Translations under genes and position numbers: made by a program
In this document: piece by piece, positions 39,541 through 52,355 of the stretch
Layout of the letters: every line of letters begins with the position of its first letter
Numbering within the stretch: the stretch's first letter is position 1
Assembly (NCBI RefSeq): GCF_006345805.1
Contig: NC_043001.1
Location: 4,278,001 to 4,342,000, forward strand
Length of the DNA: 64,000 nucleotides
Direction of reading: 5' to 3'
From: Octopus sinensis
Lineage: Eukaryota
The notes under the pieces: generated by a model
What the model saw: the letters and a program-made list of their open reading frames with translations, nothing else
The model's database searches: none
What the model was told of the DNA's origin: nothing

Positions 39541-40807
39541 ACATGTTTAAGTGGGTGGGTGCGTATGTATGATCGTGCATACATAAGTATATTGAAAGGC
39601 ATGAATAAATATATGGTCATACAAATATAATTATATACTTGTATTCATGCAAAAAATAATAATCTAAATGAATATTGGTGATAAGAATGTTTTTTTCCTT
39701 TCACTTTATCTACACATATCTAAATTTGCCTGTGTTTTTGCGCCAACATATGCGTATACAGAATATATGTGTATATTCAATATGACGTCATCTATATAAA
39801 TATAAAAAAAAAATATATATATATAATTATATATTCATATGTATTTTAATATATATATATGTGCATGAATGTATGCATGCATATATGTATAAATGGATTG
39901 TTTTATATATTTATATATGTGTCCGTATCGCAACATATTACATATTTGTCCTCACATTAATTTTATGATACTAACGTGTGCTGCACTGCAGCAAACATGT
40001 GACGAAATTTAATTGTTATTTGTATTGCCGTTGCTAGAGAGTTAATAGCTCTTGTCTGAAGGTAATATACCTACACTGGCACATTGTTTATCTCGTTGAC
40101 TTCTGTAATAAACTCGCTGCAAGATATGCTAAATCTGATAATCATAAATATCTTTCTTCCCTCTCCGCTTCCTTCTTGTTTCTGTTTCTCGCTATTCGTC
40201 ATAGTCTTGGCAAACTTCGTGTATTTAGTAGCTATAATTTGCAAATCACTGCTACAGTATTATGGACTTGTATTAAATGAATGTATATATAAAACTGACT
40301 GTTATGATTACACGATATTAATTGTTCAAAAATCTACGAATCTCTTAATATAGTGGTCATGTGTAGTCTATAATATAGATGTCTGCCGCAATACAGGAGA
40401 CTTGGGTTCCTGTTATTTTTGACGCGATGTAGAATTTGACAGCGCAAAAAACATTTTTTACGCAATGCTATGTTACAAGGAGTAGGACGCGGAAACGCAT
40501 TTCATCTTAACCAATTCCGTCGCAAGAAATAATTCCTGCAAAAATGTGCTTCTGTAGTGTGGTCTATCATTGTATTTCTTTGTACAATTTTTTATTTTGC
40601 ATTTAGTTATTTTGTCTCTATGTTTATGGTATTTGTGTGCGTGCGCATGGCCGAAGAGTGAAATAGTTCGCTGCGAAGCGGGATGTGTTTGAGTTCCATC
40701 TCACGCAGTAACATCTGGACAAATGCCATTTTCTACAGCTTTGTCTTGACCTATTCCGCTTACACACTCACACACACACACACACACACACCACACACAC
40801 ACACACA

Positions 40808-40905
<98 letters not shown>

Positions 40906-40949
40906 ATATTTATATTTATATCGATGACGTCATATTGAATATATATATA

Positions 40950-40980
<31 letters not shown>

Positions 40981-41422
40981 CAATTTCTCAAATAAACATC
41001 GTGCGTTTTGGAAATGAATACAAGAATGGAATCCGTGGTTTTAGTAGAATCGCATGAAAAATCCAAGACAAATTATATTCGAGAACTGTGATGTGTGCAG
41101 TAAACAGAAGCTTACTGAAAGCACTCGTGTCAGCTACAAATTCTTTATAACATTCCTGAAAAATAATTTCAGGATTGTCAAGCTGAAAAGTATTTTGTCC
41201 TAAACAATGTTATGTATGGTATGAAGAGTATTTGCGGTTATGTGGGTTTGAACGCGTATAGATCTTAAGATTACCTCCTCTCTCAGACGGTCGGGGTTTT
41301 TTTCTACTTCGTATTTCGAGCAATTCAGGACAAGATAAACCTTCGACAAAACAGTTGCCCCGCAAAGCAAATTGAATAAAATTTTCGATCTTGCGGAGGG
41401 TCAAAATTCGTGACAAATATAT

Positions 41423-41700
41423 ATATATATTTTAAAATAGTGTTCATTAATCACGAAAGAAAACTACCCTTTAGCAGGTACTTTTTACATGCTAGAAATA
41501 GCAGCCAACACGGCCAAGACCACGATTTAATAGCAATTTTCGAAGTAAATGAAAAGTAAAAAATAAACATTTTTACCTTGTGATTTTTATTTTTATTTTT
41601 ATTTTGCCGTGTTGACTGCTATTTATATCATGTAAAAACTACGTGCTAAACGGTAGTTTTCTTTTGTGTTTAAATGTACACTATTTTAAAATATGTATAT
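41423..41700. repeat. ~92 bp imperfect inverted repeat (41423-41514 / 41606-41700), MITE- or foldback-like
   Basis: ttttaaaatagtg...aaagaaaactacc...gcagccaacacggc mirrors gccgtgttgactgc...ggtagttttcttt...cactattttaaaa. Confidence 0.85.
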
Positions 41701-41762
41701 GTTGTCTATTGACTATTTATACATGCTAGGCCACTGGTGGTGATATTTATAACGAATATCGG

Positions 41763-41820
<58 letters not shown>

Positions 41821-42676
41821 ATTATATATATATATTACAAAGCATAAGGCCTAAAATATAGGGATGCACGTTAATCGATATCCTAATGTGAAGAGATTGA
41901 CTGATGCCTTATTAGAACGACGTCCAAAGGGCGTCGTTCTAATAAGATGTTTGATTCTTTGCCTGGTCTTTTACACATGGAGATTGTCTCAATCTATTGT
42001 GAGAATGTATCCAAATTTGGAAATAGTGGTGTAAATCTAAATGTGGCCATATATTTAACACTTTTCTTTATCAGGCAATGAATAAATGAGTTTAGGTAAC
42101 GGCAATTAACCTGCAATTAATTATACCCAATACATCAATGAATATGTCAGGGTTGAATAGATTTATATGCGGTAAAGTTTGGAAAAAATTAATAATTTAT
42201 CTCAGAAGACAAATTTCTGCAACTTAATTAATTATTATGTAGCATTAAACGTATGAAAAATAAGACCCGTCTTCTCTAACTCTCATCCAAAACTCTCTCT
42301 CTATCTATCTTTCTCTGTTCTTTCTATTTATACTTATCAATCTGCCTATTTATGTATCCACCACTTATCTATTCCTCAATCTGTGTGGTTTAAATACATG
42401 AAATACCTGACGATAAATTCTCCACAGAATTATATCACTTCAGCACCACGAGGCAATAAAATATCCACAAATTTTAAATGCAGACAGACACAAGAAGGTA
42501 CCGAAACGCTGTAGCAATGACATGTACCAGAAGGTTAACGAAATCGATAAACTAAGATACTTATATTAAAGAATGGATGTTAACTAATCATAAGTGTGGA
42601 ATTAGAATTGTTCTGCTACTGTTGCGATATCACTGGGTGACTACGACCCCATTGTATATTTCAAAACATTTTTCTA

Positions 42677-43057
42677 GTGGTAAGTAGCTTGCTTATCAAC
42701 CACATGGTTCCGGGTTCAGTCCCACTGCGGGGCACCTTGTGTCTTCTACTATAGCCTCGGGCCCACCAAAGCCTTGTGAGTGGATTTGGTAGACGGAAAC
42801 TGAAAGAAGCTCGTCGTATATATGTATATATATGTGTGTTTGTGTGTCTGTGCTGCTTGTCCCCCTAGCATTGCTTGACAACAGATGGTGGTGTGTTTAC
42901 GTACCTGTTACTTAGCGGTTCGGCAAAAAAGACCGATAGAATAAGTACTGGGCTTACAAAGAATAAGTCCCGGGATCGCGTTGCTCGATTAAAGGCGGTG
43001 CTGCAGCATGGCCGCAGTCAAATTACTGAAGCAAGTAAAAGAGTAAAAGTAAAGAGT
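42677..43057 (+). mobile_element. SINE family A, near-full-length copy
   Basis: tRNA-like head (gtggtaag...gggttcagtccc), CORE-like ggcacctt..gtgtcttc, and a 3' tail ending aagtaaaagagtaaaagtaaagagt. Confidence 0.9.
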
Positions 43058-43106
43058 ATAACATTTGAGTCACGTTTTATCAAACGCCTGCCTCTGGGTA
43101 ATAATG

Positions 43107-43220
<114 letters not shown>

Positions 43221-45099
43221 CTAAGTTTTTCATCTCTATAATTGCTGCTATATATGTATATTTCAAAATTATAAGGACGTTGTTCAAAACATCAATGTAC
43301 ATAATATTCTGAAAATATTTCGGAAGTTTCTGTACACCTGTAACATATAAAGTGCTGAGAGTTGATTACGGAAGGCCGTCACCTGTCTTAAGTGGTAATA
43401 GTGATATACAATGAAATATCATTCATTCCACATTCTGTATTAACATCATTACCATTGGCATTGAGGATCGGTTCAAGCAAAGTTTAACTCGTGATAACTT
43501 TAGTTATCCATAAAACTTTCAAGCTTTTAAGTTGGGATGAAATATTACTCATATTTCATCCGGTCGCCTTTGCTCATTTCTCTATAATCAAGTTGCGCAT
43601 GCGGAAACGGGTGCCGCAATTCTGTTTTGTGCGTTTTTTGTCTGTTTTTGATTTGTTTGCCTTATCTGTCGTAGGGAACAGCACTTTGCATCACAACAGT
43701 ACAAATGGGGGTATATCTGTATATGGGTTCTTCAATCCATAAAGTTTCTTTAAAGTATATATCAGGAATATAGAAAACGAAACATTTATTAGGGAACGAT
43801 GACACTGGGGCTTGATAAAACGCTACAACTATCACAGTTGAAGCAGACGAACGTTCTATAAATATAACTCTGTGTTAATACGATGTGGAATGGTAGATCT
43901 ACAAAAGACATGCGAAAAACATCATATTCTCTGAACTGGTTTTACGTAATTTTTATCTAATACGATGTAATTACACCATAAAGTCGATGACATGAATTTT
44001 CAGAATATAATGGCAATATTTCCACTTACTTTGAAGAAAATCAGTTGATGTCTCTCGTGATATGATTTACCATTAAATTTTATCTATTTTTACATTCAAC
44101 AGTTGTGCTACAGTGTTAATGTGTGCGTAAATCATCTTATTACAATCAGGTAATCAACTGTGAAAACAAACGCAAATGCTATTTATTTTCACCTACTTGC
44201 AGGTGACATAATGACATTTACTATTTTTCGTTATCTCTCTGCACATTACCAATTAGACATGGATCAATAGTTTAATATAGTAACCACTCACTCTTCATAT
44301 TATCACTGCAATATACAGATAATGTATTCTTTACCTATCATTGTCGCAACTGCTATCACAGACCGTTGATTTTTTTATAAACAGGCTACACGTAACACGT
44401 TATAAAAGAACTACTGAATGACTGAAGTGTATTAAATTTGTAGCTTATTAGCATTTATTACATTAGGGTCCACCCGTATGCCACAAAAAAAAATTATTCA
44501 AGGACAACTAATGTGGAAAAATTGAGGAGAATTAATTGCGAGTTTATTTAATGCGCTTTCTTAGACTTTTAAACCTGTTCATTTTAGTTTGAAGAATTTA
44601 ACCCATTCAATGTGGTACAGTAAGTCAGATGTTACACAGAACAGTAATGTTATTTATAGCATTTAGAATGGATCAATCTGATGACTGTACACAACACTTA
44701 AGTGCGTGGGCGAAATTGGGTTTATAGCAGTGTAGAAATTCCTAGGAATACAAACCTGTCACCTTCGCGTTTCATTGTAGTTCTTGTGCATTCCAGGATC
44801 ATCCAATGTCAGGCCTGGAGCGCCATGCCTAGCAATCAAATGTTCATCGTCAAATATAATTCCCTCTATGCAAAACTGTATGCCCCGATGTAAGTGGAGA
44901 ATAGCATATCTCTACTAGTAGGAAGGGACAGCCTTAGAAATTCCACATTAATTTTACAATAAAACGGACATTAAATTGTTTGCTAATGTTGTTGATTAGT
45001 TAGCCTCAGTTCAATACCCTAGTTTTAAATCTATTATTACATTTATTGAAGTCCTCAAACACTACTCGTAGGATCATGTAATATGAGGCAGTTTAACCT

Positions 45100-45430
45100 A
45101 TTTTGGAAATGATAGAATTTTATGTGAGGGATGAATGGGGATTGTTTGAAAGAGTTTGAGCGAAAACGTAGTGACTGTCACGTTCGAATTTGGTTTCAAT
45201 CCCAAAGGAAACAAGTGAGGATGATGAAATGGCAGAGAGTTAGTTTAAAATTAAATTATCCGAGTGGTTCATTGTCAGAAGTTTTGGTGTGATAAGATTG
45301 TTAGAGAAAGACGCTTTGTGCATTGAAATCACCGCGATTCGCGAATGGCCGGAGAAGGTATTTGGAATAAATGCATGCAGAATGATTGTCGACAGTTGGA
45401 AGTGATTGGAATACCCAGAGTTGCACGCTA
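45100..45430 (+). mobile_element. Decayed RTE LINE ORF C-terminus
   Basis: MMKW..VSL (~MLRWxxGVxL) and R..GRRRYW...MQND (~RxRGRPxxxW...D). Confidence 0.4.
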
Positions 45431-45521
45431 ATGAAGCAATATTTAAACAGTTTCTTCGTTCAATAAAACCTGATGTTTTGCCACATACAGATTTACTGAT
45501 ACAAACAGGATTTTAATTGTG

Positions 45522-45559
<38 letters not shown>

Positions 45560-45700
45560 CGGAGATGTACTCGTATAGCAAGTAATTTGATCTGAGATCG
45601 TGTGCTGAAACGAAAACAATTGTTGCAGCGTGGAAGGTGTTTATAAGCCATTTAAGAAACACACAAAAGCCGTTCGATTCACTTCAACATTTAAGTTTAA

Positions 45701-45750
45701 TTTGTTAAAATATTTTCGTCGCTAAAATCCGCGACCTGTTCACTGACAAA
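45701..45750 (-). ncRNA. Hammerhead-like motif with a G3-C8 covariant core (GUGAACA)
   Basis: tttgtca-GTGAACA-g-gtcgc(ggatttta)gcgac-GAAA-ata-TTT-taacaaa. Stem III is the palindrome AATATT; stem I has one C.A mismatch. Confidence 0.65.
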
Positions 45751-45888
45751 AATCCGTGCTGCATCTGTAATTAATATATATATATATAAGTATTTATATA
45801 TATATAACAATTGCAGCGTGGAAGGTGTTTATAAGCCATTTAAGAAACACACAAAAGCCGTTCGATTCACTTCAACATTTAAGTTTAA

Positions 45889-45938
45889 TTTGTTAAAATA
45901 TTTTCGTCGCTAAAATCCGCGACCTGTTCAGTGACAAA
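45889..45938 (-). ncRNA. Second copy of the variant hammerhead (core CUGAACA)
   Basis: Identical to 45701-45750 except that core position 3 is C (plus-strand g at 45931). Confidence 0.5.
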
Positions 45939-46019
45939 AATCCGTGCTGCATCTCGAACGGCTTTTCTGTTATTTAATAAAGAATTAACACAAAAGCCGT
46001 TCGAGATGCAGCACGGATT

Positions 46020-46069
46020 TTTGTCATTGAACAGGTCGCGGATTTTAGCGACGAAAATATTTTAACAAA
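46020..46069 (+). ncRNA. Third, inverted copy of the variant hammerhead (core UUGAACA)
   Basis: Identical except that core position 3 is T (46027). Confidence 0.5.
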
Positions 46070-46289
46070 TTAAACTTAAATGTTGAAGTGAATCGAACGG
46101 CTTTTGTGTGTTTCTTAAATGGCTTATAAACACCTTCCACGCTGCAATTGTTATATATATATAAATACTTATATATATATATATTAATTAATAATAATAA
46201 TAATATTAGGGAGCAAATCCAAACTTACAGGGAACAATTGGATTTAGGATTAAATCTAATTTTATAGTATAAATATATATTATATTAAA

Positions 46290-46684
46290 CTAGCAGTATC
46301 GCCCGGCGTTGCTCGGGTTTGTAAGGGAAATAACTATATAATCATTTTTAGAGATGTAAAGTATAATAGCCATCTCAATATGTTTTACCACAAGGGGAGG
46401 GGGTGTTACTGTAGCTTTTTACGTTCTGAGATTTGATAATAATTTTTTAGAGAGTTACTTCCCTTATATATGCCAAAAATGCATTAAAAATGGGAAAAAT
46501 TGTTGGTAAATTTTTTTAATCATAGACTCATCGTAGACGCGCGCTAATACCCAGAAGGACTCGATATGAATCACGACTATAAGATACCCGGTTTTGGTTA
46601 AACTGCACCGCAAAATGTGGGAGTAGTTAGGAATCTAAATCGTAGGAGACAGACAGCACACAACCTCTCTTTTATATATAAAGA
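46290..46684 (-). mobile_element. Non-autonomous Helitron, copy 1 (395 bp)
   Basis: Minus strand A|TCtttatatataaaag...cccgagcaacgccggg-cgatactg-CTAG|T: 5' TC, subterminal hairpin, 3' CTAG, AT target site, no TSD. Confidence 0.9.
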
Positions 46685-47238
46685 TTAGAGATAAAACCAC
46701 TATTAGGCAAATAAAACAGTGAAAATCATAAGCCAATAGATAGAAATAAAATTAATTAAAAATATATAAAAAATATAAAATATAAAATATAAAAATCCAA
46801 TTAAAATATTTAAATTAAAATTAAAATTTTTTAAAATTATTTAAATTAATAATTTATCTTATTAAACTTTTAATAATTTTTTGATAGTTTATAAATAAAT
46901 AAATAAATATAAAAATAGAAAAATATAGAAAATATAAAAAATAGAAAAATAGAAAAATAAAAAATAAGAAATAAGAAATAAAAAATATTTAAAAAAATAA
47001 TAACAAAAATAAAAATATAAAAATATAAAAATATATATATATTTATAATTTATAACTTTAAATTATTAATTTAATAATTAAAAAAAAATTTAACTTTAAT
47101 TAAATATTTTAATTGGAATTTTATATTTTATATTTTATATTTTTTATACATTTTTTAATTAATTTTATTTCTATCAATTGGCTTATGATTTTCACTCTTT
47201 GATTTGCCTAATAGTGGTTTTATCTCGAATTTAATATA

Positions 47239-47245
<7 letters not shown>
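46685..47245. repeat. AT-rich fold-back: arms ~46685-46850 and ~47070-47245 around an (AAAATAT/AG)-type spacer
   Basis: gagataaaaccactattaggcaaa...gtgaaaatcataagccaat mirrors attggcttatgattttcac...tttgcctaatagtggttttatctc. Confidence 0.9.
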
Positions 47246-47269
<24 letters not shown>

Positions 47270-47479
47270 ATATATAATATAATATATATATATATATATA
47301 TATATCGAGATATATGTATGTGAATGTAAAACACTGGCCAACAAATTCTATCTTCTATCTGCTGACCTAAGTTTGAGACCTGGGGCTACTGAGTTTAAAA
47401 GTGGCAATATTTCCTTTCTATCACATCTTTTTCTATGGGCTGGTCCATATTGGCCCCACCCGTACTTCCATGTTTGAAA

Positions 47480-48330
47480 CGCATGGATTTCCCTGATTTC
47501 TCTTATTATATATGTGGGTGTTTCACTGTTCCAAGTCAAAGAATGAATGTTAGTGAGATTGCGAAAAATCCTGCTTGGCTTACCTAAAGAGCGATGTTGG
47601 TAATGAGGATTAATTGTGGATATGCACAATGTTGAAACACTACACCAATGGACAATGAGCACAAGGAAACGACTAACATTTGGTATTTCTATGATATGGT
47701 GGGTGCCAAAGAACCATGTAAACGAGTGCTGTTTTTGTCTCAAAAAATCTTCTAGTTATAGCAAAATAACGTGAGGGAAAGTAAGTTTTTTAAATCTAGA
47801 TTCAGCAATTCATCAAGTGCTTCCCTCAGATGGAATACCCGTACCCGTTTTCAAGGATTTACCTTCACTGCAAGATGAACATGACAGTGATATAGACTTT
47901 GTAGAAACATCAAGCAAAGAACGTGAAAACTTCAACCAGGCAGAACTTAATGATTTAGTTAGATACCTAGAACTGTCAAAAGAGTTCTCAGAATTGTTAA
48001 CTTCTAGACTTAAAGAGAAGAATTTTTTGCAGAAAGAAACAAACATGATATTTTACCAGAACAAGGAAAACTATCTCTTGGCATTCTTTACAACTGGAAA
48101 AGATTATGCTTACTGCTATGGTGTGGTGGAAGTGTTAAACGTGGGGGGGGGATTGAACAGAATGATCCTAGAGAATGGAGACTCCTTATAGATAGTCCGA
48201 AGAGGGATCTAAAATATATATTACTCCACAATGGAAACTTGTTTCGTGCGCTTCTCATTGGTCGCTCTTTGCACTTAAAAGAGAATTATGTTCACATAAA
48301 AGTTTTATTTGATTTACCTAAGTATGATGA
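47480..48330 (+). mobile_element. Chapaev3-like (CMC) transposase fragment, decayed
   Basis: LTFGISMIWWVPKNHVNECCFC, LDSAIHQVLPSDGIPVPVF, FNQAELNDLVRYLELSKEFSELLTSRLKEKNFL, EWRLLIDSPKRDLKYILLHNGN, IGRSLHLKENY. Same protein family as 14290-15512. Confidence 0.8.
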
Positions 48331-49591
48331 GCCCATATAGGACCCCCGTCCTGAAATGTTGGCCGTCCTTGCACGGTTTATTTATTACACTGTTAGAGAA
48401 GTAGCTTCGAAATTCTGACCTGCTAACCTACACTGAACTGGGATTGTATTTTCTCTGGTGTGCATTTTCAGTGTGCTTGGTGGATCTTTGATGAATAAAG
48501 TTTAGATTGAAGCGTGGCTTCTCGTGGGGAACTATGTTTAACGTTGTAAGTGTAACACGGTTCAGAGTTTAGCTAGCGTGAAAAATTACAAGCTCACTTG
48601 TGCTTATATAGGTGCTTTAGCTTCAGGTTGCGGGATTCATTTTTAGGGTTCAATAAATATTATAGGTTGGTTAAATGTTTAGTTGGGCAGCAGATGTCGA
48701 GCTGCCGCTCAAGTGACGTTCATGTTATTTAAACACTATTTATTATGTTAAACCTCTTTTTATTGGTTCAGTAGAAATATTTTTGTCAGAGTTCAGTCAT
48801 GAGGGTAAATGTTTGTTTACAGGTGTGTCTATTTAGATGTTTAAGCTTCAGGCCACCATGTTGTGATAGAGAAATTTGCTTATCGTGTGATCTAAGGCTC
48901 TTTGGTTCACCAGAGAATGTAAGTAAATAGATAAGGAGACCAGTTGAGGTGTATTTGGTGCTTAGGTGTTGTGGATGCTATTGATTATTAATTTCGTGTT
49001 TGTGTGTGTGTGTGTGTGGTGTGTGTATGTAAGTATGTGTGTTTGGTGGGGGTGTTTGTTTATAACATATTTGTGAAGTATCAAAATCGTCAGTGCACCA
49101 GAGAGATTAGATTGTAAAGTCGATGCACCAGCTTGGCCAGATCCTGTGACTGCAATGCACAAAGAATCTATATATATGAAAATTTATCTAGATTGCAATC
49201 AATACACGTATGTGAGTCTGTGTATGTGTTTGTGTGTGTGTGTGTGTATGGTTGTGTTTGTGTGTTTGTGTATGTGTGTGCGTGGGTGTGTACAGATGGA
49301 AATGTCGATGTATTGAAAATACTGTTTGCCAACCTGTGGTGGGTGGCACAAAGAAACACACACATACGTGCATACATACATACAAATATGCACATGCACG
49401 CACACACAACACACACACACACGAACACACATACACACACTCACACACACACACACGCACACACACATAGACGCACGTCTGTATCCACGTTAAACGCCTT
49501 TCTTTAGATTATAAGTTTCCTTTTAAATTCTCTTGAAACTTATGCGAACGTGTACGTGCGCGAGCACACACATACCCACATGTCCACGAAA

Positions 49592-49976
49592 TCTTTATAT
49601 ATAAAAGTAAGTTTGTGTGTCTGTCTCCTACGATTTAGATTCCTAACTACTCCCACATTTTGCGGTGCAGTTTAACCAAAACTGGGTATCTTATAGTCGT
49701 GATTCATATCGAGTCCTTCTTGGTATTAGCGCGCGTCTACGATTTAAAAACATTTACCATCATTTATTCCATTTTAATGCATTTTTTTCGCTATTATATA
49801 AGGGAAGTAACTCTTTAAAAATGTCTACGATGAGTCAATGATTAAAAAAAAAATATTATAATAATTTTTTTTCCATTTTTAGTGCATTTTTTGCTATTTT
49901 TTGGCTATAACTCTCTAAAAATGCTTATATAGTTATTTCCCTTAGAAACCCGAGCAACGCCGGGCGATACTGCCAG
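49592..49976 (+). mobile_element. Non-autonomous Helitron, copy 2 (internal variant; 3' end reads CCAG)
   Basis: A|TCtttatatataaaag...cccgagcaacgccgggcgatactgCCAG|T. Confidence 0.88.
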
Positions 49977-50249
49977 TTGAATATACTTCCTATCACGGTA
50001 AAACAAGTATGACGATTCTCTCTATGCACATTACTGTATACACGTTAGCTACTATACTCACAACGTAATCCCTATACTCACCAAGCGCATCAGTCTGTCT
50101 CTTTCTCTCTCAAGCGAATACTCTTACTCAATTACTATCTATTGCTACCCATCTATCTCTACATGTACCTGGGTTTTAGAGAGTATATTTCAAACTTGCA
50201 ACCTACCTGACCCTACAACGTTTTGCTTTTTCGCATTCAGTTATGAAAA

Positions 50250-51100
50250 TTCTAAGGTACGTGTCAGTTATCATCGATATCCTGCAAAACCTTGAACCCT
50301 TCTCACCCTCGCCCGTTTTATCTGTTTCTTCTCCACTGTTTCTCTTCTCCCGCTTTCTCTCCTTCCTGTAAAGGACCAATAATGATGTTGGCCTACAGCT
50401 ATACCCACTGTTAATCCATTCTCCTACTCTCATCCAATATCCGTAACCTTGGAGAAATACATCGACAAATGAGATCTCATTTTAGACATTACCAAGATTT
50501 CGAACGCGTACGATATGCAGATCTCCTTTCGAAACATCCTACCTTCGAGACCAAACCATCTCTTAACTTTTCGATGGGCAATTCCTTCTTAGATCACACC
50601 TGATGCCGCTACAGTTGACGGATATTTATCTAGCCCTCATTCCATCGAGTCCTGCATGCTCAGGGTTTTCATGTCTTCTCACTCTCGTCCTTCTATACAC
50701 AGATGACTTACCTAGAACCGCATTCATCACTCTCATTATTCCACACCGGACACTGCATGTCATTCTTCTTATTGTTTATTCCATTTGTAACCCAGGCACC
50801 AAATCAAATCTGAATGCATCAGCAGAGAAACCTTTTTCCCTATTTGCAATACAGCCATCTTCTTTCGACAGATATCCCTATTCTACTCACGTTCCACATA
50901 ATTTTACATTAAAAATCATTGTCCCACCACAAAATAGTATTTAACCTTAACATTGATATGTATCGATGCGGCGTTACTTATGGATCTGCTGCCATTATCA
51001 ATCATTAGGAAAAACCCGAATTCACTAAATGTTCTCCGTTCTTCCACATTATATACTTTTATTCGTTTATACAGTGTTTCTTTGAATACCATACTGTTCA
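50250..51100 (+). mobile_element. Decayed CR1/L2/Jockey-group LINE RT region
   Basis: PSHPRP (~PSNYRP), LDITK.FERVRYADLLSK (~LDISKAFDRVWHxxLLSK), AQGF...LVLLYTDDL (~PQGS..LFLxYxNDL), LNAS (~FNAxK). Confidence 0.6.
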
Positions 51101-51114
51101 GAAGATTAATTCAG

Positions 51115-51490
<376 letters not shown>

Positions 51491-51655
51491 ATCTTAGAGC
51501 CTAAAATGATTTCAACAAAGGTGTAGGAATTTACAGATGTAAATTTTATGTTTGTGGTTTAGTGGTCCTACTAATTCCCTGTGTTCCCGAAAGAGTTAAA
51601 GTACTGACAACATGATTTGCAGTTATAACAGTATCTGCGTTGCTGCTTTTTGTAG

Positions 51656-51689
<34 letters not shown>

Positions 51690-52131
51690 TTCTCTCTCTG
51701 ACTGCAACTTCAAAGAATTCACTCATTGGCAGCAAGAATTACAGTAGGAAGAGTTATATACAGCTGCTTTTATTAGCTCTGCTACAATCTATATTCTTCA
51801 AACGGTTACTTTCTGACATGACAAGATTTACAGGCATACCGTTTATATTTAGTAGCTATTACAGCACAGTGTCAAATGTTGAGCAAAACGATTAAGAAAC
51901 GAAATAACCGTATCTCACATAAACAAATAGAGATCAAATAATATGATACAAAGTATGTATCGTTCCAATAAACTATTCATTCCTGACAGGTAATAGATGA
52001 AATTGCAATTAAATGAAGTTGTGGATTTGAAAGGGAAACTTAGAGAATGACCTGCAAAGGAATGTCGGAAGGCGAACTGTCAGTATTTTGGTTTGCAACA
52101 TTTTGACGCATCTATCCAGTTAGTTCTATGT

Positions 52132-52162
<31 letters not shown>

Positions 52163-52311
52163 CTCATAAATACATATACACACACATACACATATATATC
52201 TAAATCTATCTATCTATCCATCTCTCTCTATATATATATATATATAAATATATATATATATTATATATATCTATATATATATTATATATTATATATATAT
52301 ATTATAAATAT

Positions 52312-52355
<44 letters not shown>

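Larger units (their letters stand above)
45623..46148. mobile_element. Three ~145 bp copies of a Penelope-pLTR-like unit: two tandem (45623-45766, 45811-45954) and one inverted (46004-46148)
   Basis: Near-identical units with a 188 bp period, each holding a hammerhead-like motif, embedded in (TA)n. Confidence 0.8.

Noticed and set aside
42402-42515. CTGACGA plus hairpin, and a nearby cc-GAAAC
   Set aside because: The hairpin is not followed by GAAA and the halves do not assemble into one fold.
44671-44722. CTGATGA...GAAA with a weak hairpin
   Set aside because: There is no room for stem III or an NUH triplet, so this is likely chance.
45623-46148. Repeat units as a CRISPR array
   Set aside because: The units are ~145 bp, include an inversion, lack unique spacers and cas genes, and the context is eukaryotic.
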